Positions 11,212 through 21,673 are shown, numbered from the stretch's first letter. The stretch is 64,000 nt of DNA from Gammaproteobacteria bacterium (GCA_027296625.1 JAPUIX010000183.1:61329-125328); one strand, 5' to 3'. The notes: a model not told the origin generated them from the sequence alone. A program made the numbers and translations.

Positions 11212-12313
11212 GATAGCGTTCAGCGATGACGGTGATCAGCTTTCGCGCGAGCTGATCTTTTGACGCCCGCGCAAGCGTGAGGCCCCCGCCCCGCCAGACT
11301 AACTCTAGCGCGTTTTCTTCACTCTCAAAACCCAGCTCCGGCCCACCAACCAGATTCGCAGCTACAATATCCAGCGCTTTGGATTCAAGTTTTATCCGGG
11401 CATTGTGCAAGAGATTCTCCGTTTCAGCCGCAAAGCCAATGGTGAACGGAGGATGCGCCTGGCTGGCTACCGCCGCCAGTATATCGGGTGTCCGCTCGAG
11501 AGTCAGCGTGATCCCTCCGTTCGACTTCTTAAGCTTGCGTTCATGCTGCGCCACACCCCGATAATCCGCTACCGCAGCAGCTGCAATAAAGATATCAGTG
11601 TCATCAACATCCGCCATCACCGCCTGGTACATCTGTTCGGCGCTGTAGACGGATTTAGAGCTGACACGCTCTGGCGGGTCGAGGTCAACGGGGCCCGTGA
11701 CCAATCTTACCTCGGCGCCCGCCTCGGCGGCCGCCCGGGCCACGGCGTAGCCCATGCGGCCGGAGCTTCGATTGCTAACGAAACGCACTGGGTCGATATC
11801 TTCGCGTGTCGGGCCGGCGGTCACCATCACGCGCCGATCACTGAGGCTGCCAGTTTCAAAGACGCCAGCCAAAGCCAAGACCAACGCCGCCGGCTCCAGC
11901 ATGCGGCCGGGGCCCGTCTCTCCACAGGCTTGTTCCCCTCGTGCTGGGCCCAGCACGAGGGGTGCGCTGGTGGCAAGACAAAGCGTGCTGAGCAAATCAT
12001 CCGCCATGCCAACGCTAAGTCGCGCCATGAAGTTAGCGCTCGCGGGTGCCACCAGCACCACGTCCGACCAGCGCGCCAGATCGATATGCCCCATACCCGA
12101 TTCCGTCCCCGCGTCCAGCAGTTCTGTGTGCACAGGATGCTCGGATAGGGCTTGCAGTGTCAGCGGCGTGATAAACGAACAGGCCCCTCGGGTCATGACC
12201 ACCCGTACCGCAGCCCCCGCCTCGCGGAGCCTGCGCACTAAATCGGCACTCTTATACGCGGCAATGCTGCCTGTTACACCGACAACGACACGTTTATTGG
12301 TCAGACTGCCCAT
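11183..12313 (-). CDS. coaBC: bifunctional phosphopantothenoylcysteine decarboxylase/synthetase
   Basis: 376-aa ORF with an N-terminal flavoprotein domain ([13 protein letters not shown]) and a C-terminal CoaB domain. Its 3' end overlaps the dut start. Confidence 0.9.
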   Translation of the reverse strand: MGSLTNKRVVVGVTGSIAAYKSADLVRRLREAGAAVRVVMTRGACSFITPLTLQALSEHPVHTELLDAGTESGMGHIDLARWSDVVLVAPASANFMARLSVGMADDLLSTLCLATSAPLVLGPARGEQACGETGPGRMLEPAALVLALAGVFETGSLSDRRVMVTAGPTREDIDPVRFVSNRSSGRMGYAVARAAAEAGAEVRLVTGPVDLDPPERVSSKSVYSAEQMYQAVMADVDDTDIFIAAAAVADYRGVAQHERKLKKSNGGITLTLERTPDILAAVASQAHPPFTIGFAAETENLLHNARIKLESKALDIVAANLVGGPELGFESEENALELVWRGGGLTLARASKDQLARKLITVIAERYHEKNTTQGP

Positions 12314-12432
12314 AAGAATGCAAATTTTACCCTATGGAAACCGGCCCATGCACACTGAGATGCCGCCCTTAGATTTTTGACGGAACACCGCGTCCACGCT
12401 AAACTTACGTTCCTTTTTGGGACGAATCCACA

Positions 12433-12669
12433 ATGGCCAGAGTATGTCAGGTAACCGGTAAGCGGCCTGCATCGGGAAACAATGTCTCCCATGCAAATAA
12501 CAAGACGCGGCGGCGCTTTCTGCCGAATCTCCAGAAACACCGATTCTGGGTCGAAAGTGAGAAGCGCTGGGTGCGCCTGCGCGTCAGTGCGAAAGGCATC
12601 CGCATTATTGATAAGATGGGGATCGACCAGGTGCTGGTGAATCTCCGCAACCGCGGCGTGAAAGTTTAG
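12433..12669 (+). CDS. rpmB: 50S ribosomal protein L28
   Basis: 78-aa [15 protein letters not shown]...; a canonical L28 N-terminus. Confidence 0.9.
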   Translation: MARVCQVTGKRPASGNNVSHANNKTRRRFLPNLQKHRFWVESEKRWVRLRVSAKGIRIIDKMGIDQVLVNLRNRGVKV

Positions 12670-12680
12670 AGACGAGCGTC

Positions 12681-12836
12681 ATGCGTGACAAAATCAAACT
12701 CGTATCCACTGCAGGGACCGGCCATTACTACACCACCACTAAGAACAAGCGCACCACGCCCAATAAGTTGGAAAAGAAAAAATACGACCCAGTGGTGCGC
12801 AAGCACGTCAAATACAAAGAAGCAAAAATCAAATAG
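12681..12836 (+). CDS. rpmG: 50S ribosomal protein L33
   Basis: 51-aa ORF hand-translated [51 protein letters not shown]. It is absent from the ORF track (<60 aa). It lies 11 bp after rpmB. Confidence 0.85.
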   Translation: MRDKIKLVSTAGTGHYYTTTKNKRTTPNKLEKKKYDPVVRKHVKYKEAKIK

Positions 12837-12856
12837 CTAGCATAACGAGGCGAAAA

Positions 12857-12884
12857 TAAAACCCGCCGCGCGGCGGGTTTTTTG
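12857..12884. terminator. rho-independent terminator (bidirectional candidate) between rpmG and the convergent desaturase gene
   Basis: aaaaCCCGCCGCGCGGCGGGtttttt: a GC-rich perfect stem with an A-tract on one side and a T-tract on the other. Confidence 0.7.
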
Positions 12885-12907
12885 TGTTATGCCCCTAAAT
12901 TATTTAC

Positions 12908-14122
12908 TTAGGCCGGTTGCATAGAATAGCCACGCAGCGCCTGGGCAAATTCCTGCAAGGCCTTGATGCCCGTCGCCTCTGCCTGCTTGCACCATTCTTG
13001 TAATGATTGCAAAAGACTCTCGCGCGTTGCAGTCCGCTCCATCCAGAGCGCCTGCAGACGCAACCGAAATTGATACACGACCTCTAGCGCCTGACTATGC
13101 TGTAGCACTGTCTCAAGTCGGTGCACTGCCTGCGCATCGAGTAGGGACTCCTCCCGCGTTAATAGGCCTCGAGCTCGCTTTAGAATGTGCCGATAGTAAT
13201 CATCCGCTTTGTTAAGCTCTTCCTGATAAACACTCGAGACGACATCCCTGGCATAGTGCGCCATTACATGGAAACGGTTTGTGACGATGGCGCTCACCGT
13301 ATCCAGGTCCAAACCAAGTTTTTTGGTATTCATAACGAGCTTTGGCGCTACCTTCTTTACCCGGGCAAGGCCTAGCATTTCCTGCAGGCGGATATAAAAC
13401 CAACCAATATCAAACTCCCACCACTTCGACGAGAATTTTGCCGAACTGACGAAAGCATGATGGTTGTTGTGCAGCTCCTCACCGCCAATGAGGATACCCC
13501 AAGGGACAATATTGCGAGAGGCATCTGCCACCTCATAATTGCGATAGCCCCACCAATGACCAATGCCGTTAATCACGCCTGCGGCAAAAAACGGGGTCCA
13601 CATCATCTGCACTGCCCAAATGGTGATGCCGACTACACCAAACAGCAGAAGATCAATCACCAGCATCAGCCCTAACCCAATGTTGTTCCGACCGTAGACA
13701 TTGCGCTCCCACCAATCATCAGGCGTCCCATGGCCGTACTTTTCTATCGTTTCCGCGATTCGTGTTTCCGACCGATAGAGATCAACCCCATCAAACAAGA
13801 CCTTACGGATCCCGACGATCTGAGGGCTATGGGGATCACCGACCTTGTCAGAGAAGGCGTGATGTTTCCGATGTATCGCAACCCATTCTCTCGTGATCAT
13901 CCCTGTAGTCAGCCATAACCAGCAACGGAAGAAGTGACTGGGTAGCGGATGCAAATCCAGGGCCCGGTGTGCTTGATGTCGATGTAGGAATATGGTTACA
14001 GCGGCGGCGGTGATCTGCGTAAGCGCTAGTATCACCGCAACGTAGCCCCATAAGGGCAGGGGCAACAATCCATAAAACATCCTATGCCTCCCTTTCGAAG
14101 ACAACCCTAACGTTGGGTTCAA
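12908..14122 (-). CDS. membrane fatty-acid desaturase (acyl-lipid/acyl-CoA delta-9 type)
   Basis: Histidine boxes HRHQAH, HRKHH and HNNHH in a multi-TM N-terminal half. The true start is probably the internal MFYGLLPLPLW. Confidence 0.8.
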   Translation of the reverse strand: MNPTLGLSSKGRHRMFYGLLPLPLWGYVAVILALTQITAAAVTIFLHRHQAHRALDLHPLPSHFFRCWLWLTTGMITREWVAIHRKHHAFSDKVGDPHSPQIVGIRKVLFDGVDLYRSETRIAETIEKYGHGTPDDWWERNVYGRNNIGLGLMLVIDLLLFGVVGITIWAVQMMWTPFFAAGVINGIGHWWGYRNYEVADASRNIVPWGILIGGEELHNNHHAFVSSAKFSSKWWEFDIGWFYIRLQEMLGLARVKKVAPKLVMNTKKLGLDLDTVSAIVTNRFHVMAHYARDVVSSVYQEELNKADDYYRHILKRARGLLTREESLLDAQAVHRLETVLQHSQALEVVYQFRLRLQALWMERTATRESLLQSLQEWCKQAEATGIKALQEFAQALRGYSMQPA

Positions 14123-14305
14123 ACACCATGGTAGTCCAGAATCGCTTCAGCGTCCACAGGCTCGGCGCTGGGCTTTGGCAGCGGACACCCTTTTTGAGAC
14201 AGGTGCCACAAAAACAATCCACGTTGCGCGCGATGTCGCCCCGGGATCCTTAAGGCGAAACCATTAAGCCAACCGGCATTCCCTCATGCTTACCACCATC
14301 GGCAC

Positions 14306-16276
14306 CTAAATCTCCCCATTCGTTGACAGGTGAAGATTGCCATAATCATCGACATGACTATTCCACGCAGGTGCAACAAATGTCGTCGCGGTAGTCTCGG
14401 CGATGATCGCCGGGCCGACGAGGCGTTGCCCGCCTACGAGGCACTCGCGGTGCCAGATCGGAACCGTGCCCGGCACACCATACACACGGGCCTCGCCACT
14501 GGCCGTGCGTTCGGCATGCGGGTGAAGCTTCGGTAGTGGCAATACCGGCGGTTCTGCACGGAGCCCCATGCGCACATTGATGAGTTCGACCGGCATCGCC
14601 AAGCGATGACCATAGCGGTGCGCGTGGGTTAGGTGAAAGGTCTCCGTGACACCCGACAGGGTCCCTTGCCAGGCAATGGTGAGGCAGTACGATTGGCCAC
14701 GGTAACAAAGGTCCAGGCATGGTTCCGTGGTAATCTCCGTGGGCTCAACACCTTGCGCTCGCAGCGCCGCCCGCCCACGCGCGGCGAGGTCATCCAATGC
14801 CTCATTCACAGTCGCCTCATCATACGATGCCAACAAACCACCGAGGGTCCGCGATAACTGCCGGGCCGGAGGTGCCACCAACATGCCAAGCGCAGATAGC
14901 ACGCCCGCCTGTACTGGCACCAATGCCCGACAGATCCCTAAGGCCTCGGCCAAGGCGCATACGTGCATGCCGCCCGCCCCACCAAAGGAAACCAGTACAA
15001 ATTCACGGGGATCAAAGCCTCGCTGTACGGAGATGACACGAAGTGCCTGGGCCATGTGTTCATTCGCGATGCACACGATGCCATCGGCCGCCTGCTCAGC
15101 CGAGGCCGCACCCAACTGATTTGCGATGCGGCTAACGGCCTTGCGCGCCGCCTCAATATCGAGTTGCAGGCTGCCCCCCAGGCGGGCGTCTACGGGGAGC
15201 CGACCAAGCACGAGATTGGCGTCGGTCACCGTGGCCTCGCGCCCTCCCCGCCCGTAGCAAGCGGGGCCGGGTTGGGCCCCCGCCGACTGGGGCCCAACCT
15301 GAAGCGCACCACCCGCATCCACCGTCGCAATCGACCCACCCCCGGCGCCGATGGTATGCATATCCACCATGGGCACGGCCAGCGGGTAAGGACCGATACG
15401 CCCCTCACTGGTGAGCTCCACCTCGCCGTCGATCAAAGCCACATCAGTGGAGGTGCCCCCCATATCCAGCGTCATAACGCGCGGCTGTCCTGCGGCCTCG
15501 GCGACGAAACGCGCGCCGACGAGCCCCGCGGCCGGACCCGACAATAAGAGGTGTACGGCCTGCCGGCCTGCCTGCTCGGCCCCCAAGGTACCGCCCGCGC
15601 TTTGCATGACGGCGAGCTTCCCCGGGGCAAGGTGTGCCGAGAGCCTTGCAAGATACCGCTCCACCAGCGGGCCGACATAGGCATTCAACCAGGTGGTCAT
15701 GCCCCGCTCGTATTCCCGGTATTCCGGCAACACCATCGACGAGCGCGAGACAAATAACCCCGTGGGCATTGCCGCCTCAATGGCCCGCTCAAAGCGGTCA
15801 TCAAGAAAGGAAAACAATAAGTTGATGGCCACTGCCTGGGGGGCCAGCCTTTCCACAGCGGCTCGGAGATCCTGCAGATCGTCCTCTGTGAGTGGCTCGA
15901 TGACGCTACCATCAGCGCCCAAGCGCCCGCCGGTCTCAAGACACAGCCCCCGCGGGACCGGCGGTGCAATCGCCTCGGGCTGCAAGTTGTAGAGCTCGCG
16001 CCGAGCTTGACGACCAATCGTGAGCATATCCCTGAGCCCCCGGTTGGTGATAAATGCCGTGCGCACGCCTTTGCCTTCCAACACGGCGTTCGTCGCCACG
16101 GTGGAGCCGTGCACAACCCGGAGATCCCGCGGCGCGAGCCCCATCTCTGCCATCCCTTGCAGAATGGCCTCCTCAGGCGCATGCGGCGTGGACAACACCT
16201 TATGGATTGCAATTCGCTTACCGTTGTAGAAAACGAAATCGGTAAACGTGCCTCCCGTGTCGATGCCAAGCAGCAT
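14306..16276 (-). CDS. hydantoinase/oxoprolinase A-family protein (HyuA-like, ATP-dependent)
   Basis: 656-aa ORF beginning MLLGIDTGGTFTDFV (ASKHA-fold phosphate-1 motif) with a second DMGGTSTDV motif. No HyuB partner is adjacent. Confidence 0.8.
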   Translation of the reverse strand: MLLGIDTGGTFTDFVFYNGKRIAIHKVLSTPHAPEEAILQGMAEMGLAPRDLRVVHGSTVATNAVLEGKGVRTAFITNRGLRDMLTIGRQARRELYNLQPEAIAPPVPRGLCLETGGRLGADGSVIEPLTEDDLQDLRAAVERLAPQAVAINLLFSFLDDRFERAIEAAMPTGLFVSRSSMVLPEYREYERGMTTWLNAYVGPLVERYLARLSAHLAPGKLAVMQSAGGTLGAEQAGRQAVHLLLSGPAAGLVGARFVAEAAGQPRVMTLDMGGTSTDVALIDGEVELTSEGRIGPYPLAVPMVDMHTIGAGGGSIATVDAGGALQVGPQSAGAQPGPACYGRGGREATVTDANLVLGRLPVDARLGGSLQLDIEAARKAVSRIANQLGAASAEQAADGIVCIANEHMAQALRVISVQRGFDPREFVLVSFGGAGGMHVCALAEALGICRALVPVQAGVLSALGMLVAPPARQLSRTLGGLLASYDEATVNEALDDLAARGRAALRAQGVEPTEITTEPCLDLCYRGQSYCLTIAWQGTLSGVTETFHLTHAHRYGHRLAMPVELINVRMGLRAEPPVLPLPKLHPHAERTASGEARVYGVPGTVPIWHRECLVGGQRLVGPAIIAETTATTFVAPAWNSHVDDYGNLHLSTNGEI

Positions 16277-16332
16277 GACCTTCGTTATTCTCCGCTTGCA
16301 TACGCTCGTATTATGACAATAATAGCTCCGCG

Positions 16333-17298
16333 ATGGCTGAGGAAACGCTCATCGCCGTAGAGCATCTCTTCCGCTACTACGGAATGCACCATGCGGTTCA
16401 CGATATCAGCTTTAATGTCAGCCGCGGGGAGGTGCTCGGATTCCTCGGACCCAATGGCGCCGGCAAAACTACGACCATGCAGATCATCAGTGGCGCTCTA
16501 GCGCCCAGTATGGGACGTGTAATGGTCGGTGGCATTGATATCCTCGATGCGCCTAAAAAGGCAAAAGCCTATATCGGCTACTTACCCGAACACCCGCCGC
16601 TGTACCGTGAACTCACCGTCGATGAGTACTTACGCTACTGCGCTCGATTGCATGGGATCAATCGCCAAGCCATTCCTCGCGCTTTAAACAGCTGCAAACA
16701 GCGCTGCGGGCTTGACGGCGCTGGTGATCGCCTCATCGACAATCTCTCGAAAGGTTACCAACAACGCGTCGGTATCGCCCAAGCGATCATCCACGCACCG
16801 GCCGTGGTGATCTTGGATGAACCTACCATCGGCCTCGACCCGATTCAGATCCGTGAAATCCGTAATCTGATTCGGGAACTTGGCAGCGACCACAGCGTGA
16901 TCCTCTCAACACATGTGTTACCCGAGGTACAAGCCGTCTGTGACCGCGTACTGATCATCCAACAGGGTCGCCTGGTGCTGAATGATCGCCTTGATAACCT
17001 GAAGCGGAACATCGGTGGCAACTACCTACGCGTTGCATTCAGGAATCCGCCCAATATCACGGAACTGAATAAGATCCCGGGTATAAAGCAAATCGATCAA
17101 CTCGACGGCACCCGCTTCCGTATTCAACATGACATAAATGCAAATGTACCGGAAGCTATCGCTGTGATGGCCGTTGAGTCGTATTGGGGGCTATCTGAAC
17201 TTGCGCCTGAGAGTCATTCACTGGAAGAGACCTTTATCCGACTGACATGCGGAGAAGATCTGGAGACGGACGGTTTCGTGGTTGAGGCGTCCGCATGA
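16333..17298 (+). CDS. ABC transporter ATP-binding protein (GldA-like)
   Basis: Walker A GPNGAGKTT, ABC signature LSKGYQQRV, Walker B VVILDEPTIGLD. Confidence 0.85.
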   Translation: MAEETLIAVEHLFRYYGMHHAVHDISFNVSRGEVLGFLGPNGAGKTTTMQIISGALAPSMGRVMVGGIDILDAPKKAKAYIGYLPEHPPLYRELTVDEYLRYCARLHGINRQAIPRALNSCKQRCGLDGAGDRLIDNLSKGYQQRVGIAQAIIHAPAVVILDEPTIGLDPIQIREIRNLIRELGSDHSVILSTHVLPEVQAVCDRVLIIQQGRLVLNDRLDNLKRNIGGNYLRVAFRNPPNITELNKIPGIKQIDQLDGTRFRIQHDINANVPEAIAVMAVESYWGLSELAPESHSLEETFIRLTCGEDLETDGFVVEASA

Positions 17299-18053
17299 GG
17301 ATTCATCATATCGCGGGACGTGAACTGCACAGCCTGTTTGTATTGCCGCTTGCCTGGATCATACTGGCAGCAGTGCAACTCATCCTCGCCGTGATCTTTT
17401 TTTACCGCTTGTATGTGTTCGTACAGTTCCAACCTCACTTGGCAGGCCTGGAAAGCCCACCAGGCCTGACCGATCTTGTCGTGGCGCCGCTCCTGGGCAC
17501 AGCTGGTAGTATTGTTTTACTGATCGCCCCACTTTTAACCATGCGCTTAATCAGCGAAGAACGCCGCGCGGGTACACTTCAGCTGCTGCTTTCCTCGCCG
17601 ATATCGATGACAGAAATCATCCTCGGGAAATATCTTGGGCTGCTAGGATTCTTCCTGATCATGATTGCCATGATTACGCTGATGCCACTGTCGTTGCTGC
17701 TTGGCGGTTACTTGGACATCGGGCAATTCCTCGCTGGCCTTTTGGGTCTAACATTGCTCGTTGCTACTTTTTGCGCCGTCGGTTTGTTTATGTCCACCCT
17801 GACGGCAATCCCCGTTGTTGCCGGGGTCAGCACCTTTGGTGTCCTGCTGCTCTTGTGGATCATCCACTGGGCGAGCCAGGCCGGATCCGACAAAATCAGC
17901 GCGGCATTATCTTATCTATCGATCTCCAGACACTTTGAACCCCTGTTGAGAGGCATCTTCAACGCAGAGGATGTCGTCTATTACATCATCATGATCACAA
18001 CCTTTGTCATCCTGAGTATCTGGCGACTTGACGCGGACCGGTTACACGATTGA
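17295..18053 (+). CDS. ABC-2 family permease (GldF-like)
   Basis: 252-aa protein with six hydrophobic segments. It overlaps the ATPase stop. Confidence 0.75.
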   Translation: MRIHHIAGRELHSLFVLPLAWIILAAVQLILAVIFFYRLYVFVQFQPHLAGLESPPGLTDLVVAPLLGTAGSIVLLIAPLLTMRLISEERRAGTLQLLLSSPISMTEIILGKYLGLLGFFLIMIAMITLMPLSLLLGGYLDIGQFLAGLLGLTLLVATFCAVGLFMSTLTAIPVVAGVSTFGVLLLLWIIHWASQAGSDKISAALSYLSISRHFEPLLRGIFNAEDVVYYIIMITTFVILSIWRLDADRLHD

Positions 18054-18086
18054 CTATCTCAACAGAGCGCTGCCTCAGTCGCGTAG

Positions 18087-19442
18087 ATGAAGCTCACCAA
18101 AAAATCACGACGGCTATCACGACTTAACAGCCGGATTTTTTTCATCCTGCTGATCACCATCGCCGCGATATTGGCGTGGCTCAGCACGCAGTACAACTAC
18201 CAGGCGGATTGGACCAGCAGTGGTCGACATACGCTCTCGGAAGCAAGCCAAACCTTATTGTCGCGCCTTGATGGCCCTGTGAACATCACGGCTTACGCTC
18301 GCGATGACAAACGGCTTCGAAAACGGATCACAAGGCTCATTGAGCGCTACCAACGCATTAAGCCAGACATCACCTTAAACTACATCAACCCCGACGTGGT
18401 CCCAGACAAGATTCGCGAGTTAGGAATCAGCGTGAATGGCGAACTCGTCATTCACTACGGGGACCGCTCTGAACACGTGCAATCCCACAGTGAAGACGAC
18501 CTGACTAATGCATTGCACCGACTGGTCCGTGGCGAACAACGCTGGCTTGCTTTTATCGAGGGACACGGCGAGCGAAAGCCATTTGGTCATGCAAATCACG
18601 ACCTAAGCGACTGGGTACGGCAACTGACCAAGCGCGGGTTGAAGGTGTATCCGCTTAAGCTCGCGACGATCGCGTCCATTTCGGACAACACAGCGGTGCT
18701 GGTGATCGCCGGTCCTGAAGTGGACCTGCTTCCCGGTGAAGTTGCCATGATTGTTGCTTACGTCGATGGGGGAGGTAACGTGTTATGGCTTGCAGATCCA
18801 GGCAGTACCCACGGCCTCACGCCGCTAGCTGAGCAACTTGGTGTCGCGTTCCAGCCAGGCACCATCGTCCACCCGACAACAGAGCTCTATGGTATCGAAC
18901 ACCCGACGATCATCTTAGTGACAACATACGGTCTTCATCCTGCGATCCAGGATTTTCCCTACCTCAGCGTGTTCCCAAAGACCGTTGGCATCGAACTCAA
19001 TGCGCCCGATGGGTGGCACGGCGAAGCCCTCTTGATAACGGCCGAGCATGCCTGGTCTGAGATTGGGGAACTCAATGGAGAGATTACATTTAACGAAGGC
19101 AGCGATATTGAAGGGCCGCTGGTGATCGGCGTGGCACTGTCTCGTCCAGTGCCACATAGCGATGGTGAAAAAGAGCAGCGCCTCGTGATTATTGGCGATG
19201 GCGATTTTCTCTCCAACGCCTATCTCGGCAACATTGGAAATCTGGATCTTGGTCTCAAGCTCATGAACTGGTTAGCGGCCGCTGATGATCTTATTGACAT
19301 ACCGGCGCGGACAGCGCCAGACCTCACCCTTGAACTCTCTTACACAACCTCCGCCGTTATCGGTTTTACCTTCCTGCTCGTTCTACCACTCGTCTTACTC
19401 TTGTGCGGTTTCATTATCTGGTGGCGCCGAAACAGCCGTTAA
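18087..19442 (+). CDS. GldG-like ABC-transporter-associated protein
   Basis: 451-aa ORF with an N-terminal TM anchor, a large extracytoplasmic domain and a C-terminal TM (FTFLLVLPLVLLLCGFIIWWRR). Confidence 0.6.
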   Translation: MKLTKKSRRLSRLNSRIFFILLITIAAILAWLSTQYNYQADWTSSGRHTLSEASQTLLSRLDGPVNITAYARDDKRLRKRITRLIERYQRIKPDITLNYINPDVVPDKIRELGISVNGELVIHYGDRSEHVQSHSEDDLTNALHRLVRGEQRWLAFIEGHGERKPFGHANHDLSDWVRQLTKRGLKVYPLKLATIASISDNTAVLVIAGPEVDLLPGEVAMIVAYVDGGGNVLWLADPGSTHGLTPLAEQLGVAFQPGTIVHPTTELYGIEHPTIILVTTYGLHPAIQDFPYLSVFPKTVGIELNAPDGWHGEALLITAEHAWSEIGELNGEITFNEGSDIEGPLVIGVALSRPVPHSDGEKEQRLVIIGDGDFLSNAYLGNIGNLDLGLKLMNWLAAADDLIDIPARTAPDLTLELSYTTSAVIGFTFLLVLPLVLLLCGFIIWWRRNSR

Positions 19443-19447
19443 GCGCC

Positions 19448-20290
19448 ATGCGATCGCGCCTGCTCCTGAATCTTGGGCTCTTGTGCCTGGTGCTGGTGCT
19501 AGTTCTCATCGCCGTCTACCAACCGGGTAGGCCACCCCCTGCCGAGCCAGCCCGACTGACGAAGGCGAGCGAAGAGTCAATCCAACTAATCCGTATTATC
19601 CGCAAGCACCAAGATGATATCGTGCTGCGTAAAGAGGGTCATCAATGGTGGATGGAGGAACCGATCACTGCGCGCGCGGACGACTACCGCGCATCTTCTA
19701 TCCTTGGCATCCTTGACGCGGAGAGCGAGGTGCGACTTGACGCCAATCAAACCGATCGCGCGCGTTTCAAGCTCGATGATCCGCGCATACAGCTGGCTCT
19801 AGGCGAGCTGATCTTTGCCTTCGGCAATGCCAATCCCTTAGGCCAGCAGCGCTATGTGCTGTTCAATGACACAATCTATTTAACAGACGATCGCATCTAC
19901 CACCATTTGATTGCCGATGCGGCCAACTTTGTCAGTCTACAACTCTTACCAATCGATGCGCGCCTGACTGCAATTCAACTACCCATCCATCAGTTGCAGT
20001 GGCTTGATGGAACCTGGTCCGTAACGCCTGAGGCCCCTGACATCAGCATGGACGCCGTTCTGCAACTAGTCGATGCCTGGCGCATGGCCAAGGCACTGTT
20101 CGTGCGACGCTATCAGGAGGATACACAGCTGGGTCCTGTTCGTCTCACGACTGAACAAGGCCAAAGCTTCAATTTTGCTATCATGGCAACGTCACCGACG
20201 CTAATCTTGGCCCGGCCAGAACTCGGGATTCAATACCATTTTTCCGAAGCAGCAACAAAGGATCTACTCGCGTTGGACGATGCGCCATGA
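19448..20290 (+). CDS. DUF4340-like protein partnered with the GldAFG-type ABC system
   Basis: ORF 19403..20290. The likely start is MRSRLLLNLGLLCLVLVLVLIAV, a signal anchor directly after the gldG-like stop. Confidence 0.5.
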   Translation: MRSRLLLNLGLLCLVLVLVLIAVYQPGRPPPAEPARLTKASEESIQLIRIIRKHQDDIVLRKEGHQWWMEEPITARADDYRASSILGILDAESEVRLDANQTDRARFKLDDPRIQLALGELIFAFGNANPLGQQRYVLFNDTIYLTDDRIYHHLIADAANFVSLQLLPIDARLTAIQLPIHQLQWLDGTWSVTPEAPDISMDAVLQLVDAWRMAKALFVRRYQEDTQLGPVRLTTEQGQSFNFAIMATSPTLILARPELGIQYHFSEAATKDLLALDDAP

Positions 20291-20361
20291 CGGGGCGCAT
20301 CTAGGTCTCCCCTTACCAGGTGCGGGCCTTACGCCCCATACCCTGCTATCTTTGCGTCACG

Positions 20362-21177
20362 ATGCCTGAGCTCCCGGAAGTTGAGACTGCCCTACGGGGC
20401 ATTCGCCCGTATGTCATCGGCGAGCCCGTGGCGCGGGTCGTGGTGCGGGATCCCCGTTTGCGCTGGCCGATTCCGAAAGCGCTAGGAGCAGAACTCCCAA
20501 CCCAGACCATCGTTTGCATCAAACGGCGGGGCAAATACCTTTTGCTGTACGGCCAGACTGGCTGCGCGATTCTCCATCTCGGCATGTCCGGGAGCCTGCG
20601 CATCTTCCCGGCAGAGACAGCCCCCGAAAAACACGATCACGTGGACATCGTCTTCACGAATGGAACCCTGCTCCGGTTACGGGACCCCCGCCGTTTCGGC
20701 GCCTTATTATGGACCCGCGGTGATCCCCTCGCCCACCCGTTACTGGCAAACCTTGGCCCGGAACCCTGGGATCCGGCCTTCAATGGGGCCTACCTCCATC
20801 AGCGTGCGCGTCACCGGCGGCTCCCCGTGAAATCATTCGTCATGGACTCGCGCACGGTGGCCGGGGTGGGCAACATCTACGCCAACGAGGCGCTACACCT
20901 AGCCGGCATTCACCCGGCGCGCCGTGCAGGACGCATTGCCCACCGCCGTTACGATGCGCTGGTGGGAGCAATCCGCACTGTCCTCGATGCAGCCATCGCC
21001 CAAGGCGGTACGACACTCCGCGACTTCGTTGACAGTGCCGGGCGCGCTGGCTATTTCAAACAACGGCTTCGCGTTTACCATCGGGCGGGCAAGCCTTGTC
21101 CGAGCTGCCATGCACCGATACGCCAACGCTCCATCGGGCAGCGCACCACGTTTTTCTGTTCATCCTGCCAACACTGA
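20362..21177 (+). CDS. mutM: formamidopyrimidine-DNA glycosylase
   Basis: Begins MPELPEVE (catalytic Pro2/Glu3) and ends with a zinc finger CPSC...CSSC. The ORF-track start at 20320 is an upstream in-frame Met. Confidence 0.9.
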   Translation: MPELPEVETALRGIRPYVIGEPVARVVVRDPRLRWPIPKALGAELPTQTIVCIKRRGKYLLLYGQTGCAILHLGMSGSLRIFPAETAPEKHDHVDIVFTNGTLLRLRDPRRFGALLWTRGDPLAHPLLANLGPEPWDPAFNGAYLHQRARHRRLPVKSFVMDSRTVAGVGNIYANEALHLAGIHPARRAGRIAHRRYDALVGAIRTVLDAAIAQGGTTLRDFVDSAGRAGYFKQRLRVYHRAGKPCPSCHAPIRQRSIGQRTTFFCSSCQH

Positions 21178-21241
21178 GCAACCCGGATCTCGCCAAGGCC
21201 CTTATGACCCGGCCCGCTGCGTCCTCCAGGCCGCGATTTTG

Positions 21242-21673
21242 TTAGTGTGCGTAGGCAAAGACGGCAACACGCACGCCCATCCAGATCATGCAAACGAGCT
21301 GGGCCGCATAGAGGCCGAAGCGAACGGCCACGGCCACATTGCTGGGTTGAAGGGCAATGTGTGTGATCGTCTGACCCACGCGAGCCACCAACAGCACAAG
21401 AGCGAGCACGGCAAGTGTGTGACTATGCACGCCGGTTGCGATGATCGCTACGACCACCGCTGCATAGATGGGCAGATCCTCAATACAGTTGGCGTGGGCG
21501 CGCATGGCGCGGGCGTACCAGTCACTCCCTGGCGTTGCCTCCGCCGGAAAGTCCATGAGCGCTGCCCTTGCCCGAAAGGACCCGCCCCAGCGGTACACTC
21601 CGACGCTTGCCAGCACACTGATGACGGTCCAAGCCGCAAATCCGAGGAGCACCCAAACGGGTATGGTCATCAC
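21242..21673 (-). CDS. MAPEG-family membrane protein (microsomal glutathione transferase-like)
   Basis: 143-aa ORF with four TM segments and a charged loop (RARAALMDFPAEATP...HANCIEDLPIY). Confidence 0.6.
   Translation of the reverse strand: MMTIPVWVLLGFAAWTVISVLASVGVYRWGGSFRARAALMDFPAEATPGSDWYARAMRAHANCIEDLPIYAAVVVAIIATGVHSHTLAVLALVLLVARVGQTITHIALQPSNVAVAVRFGLYAAQLVCMIWMGVRVAVFAYAH

Noticed and set aside
11405-12148. 247-aa plus-strand ORF
   Set aside because: It is entirely antisense to coaBC, which has strong family motifs. The Arg/His-rich low-complexity translation is typical of spurious ORFs in GC-rich DNA.
14358-16269. Cluster of 60-194-aa ORFs on both strands within the hydantoinase gene (e.g. 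14963..15547, 15697..16269)
   Set aside because: All are alternative frames or antisense to one long ORF with ASKHA motifs. They are Arg/Pro/Ala-rich and stop-poor only because of GC bias.
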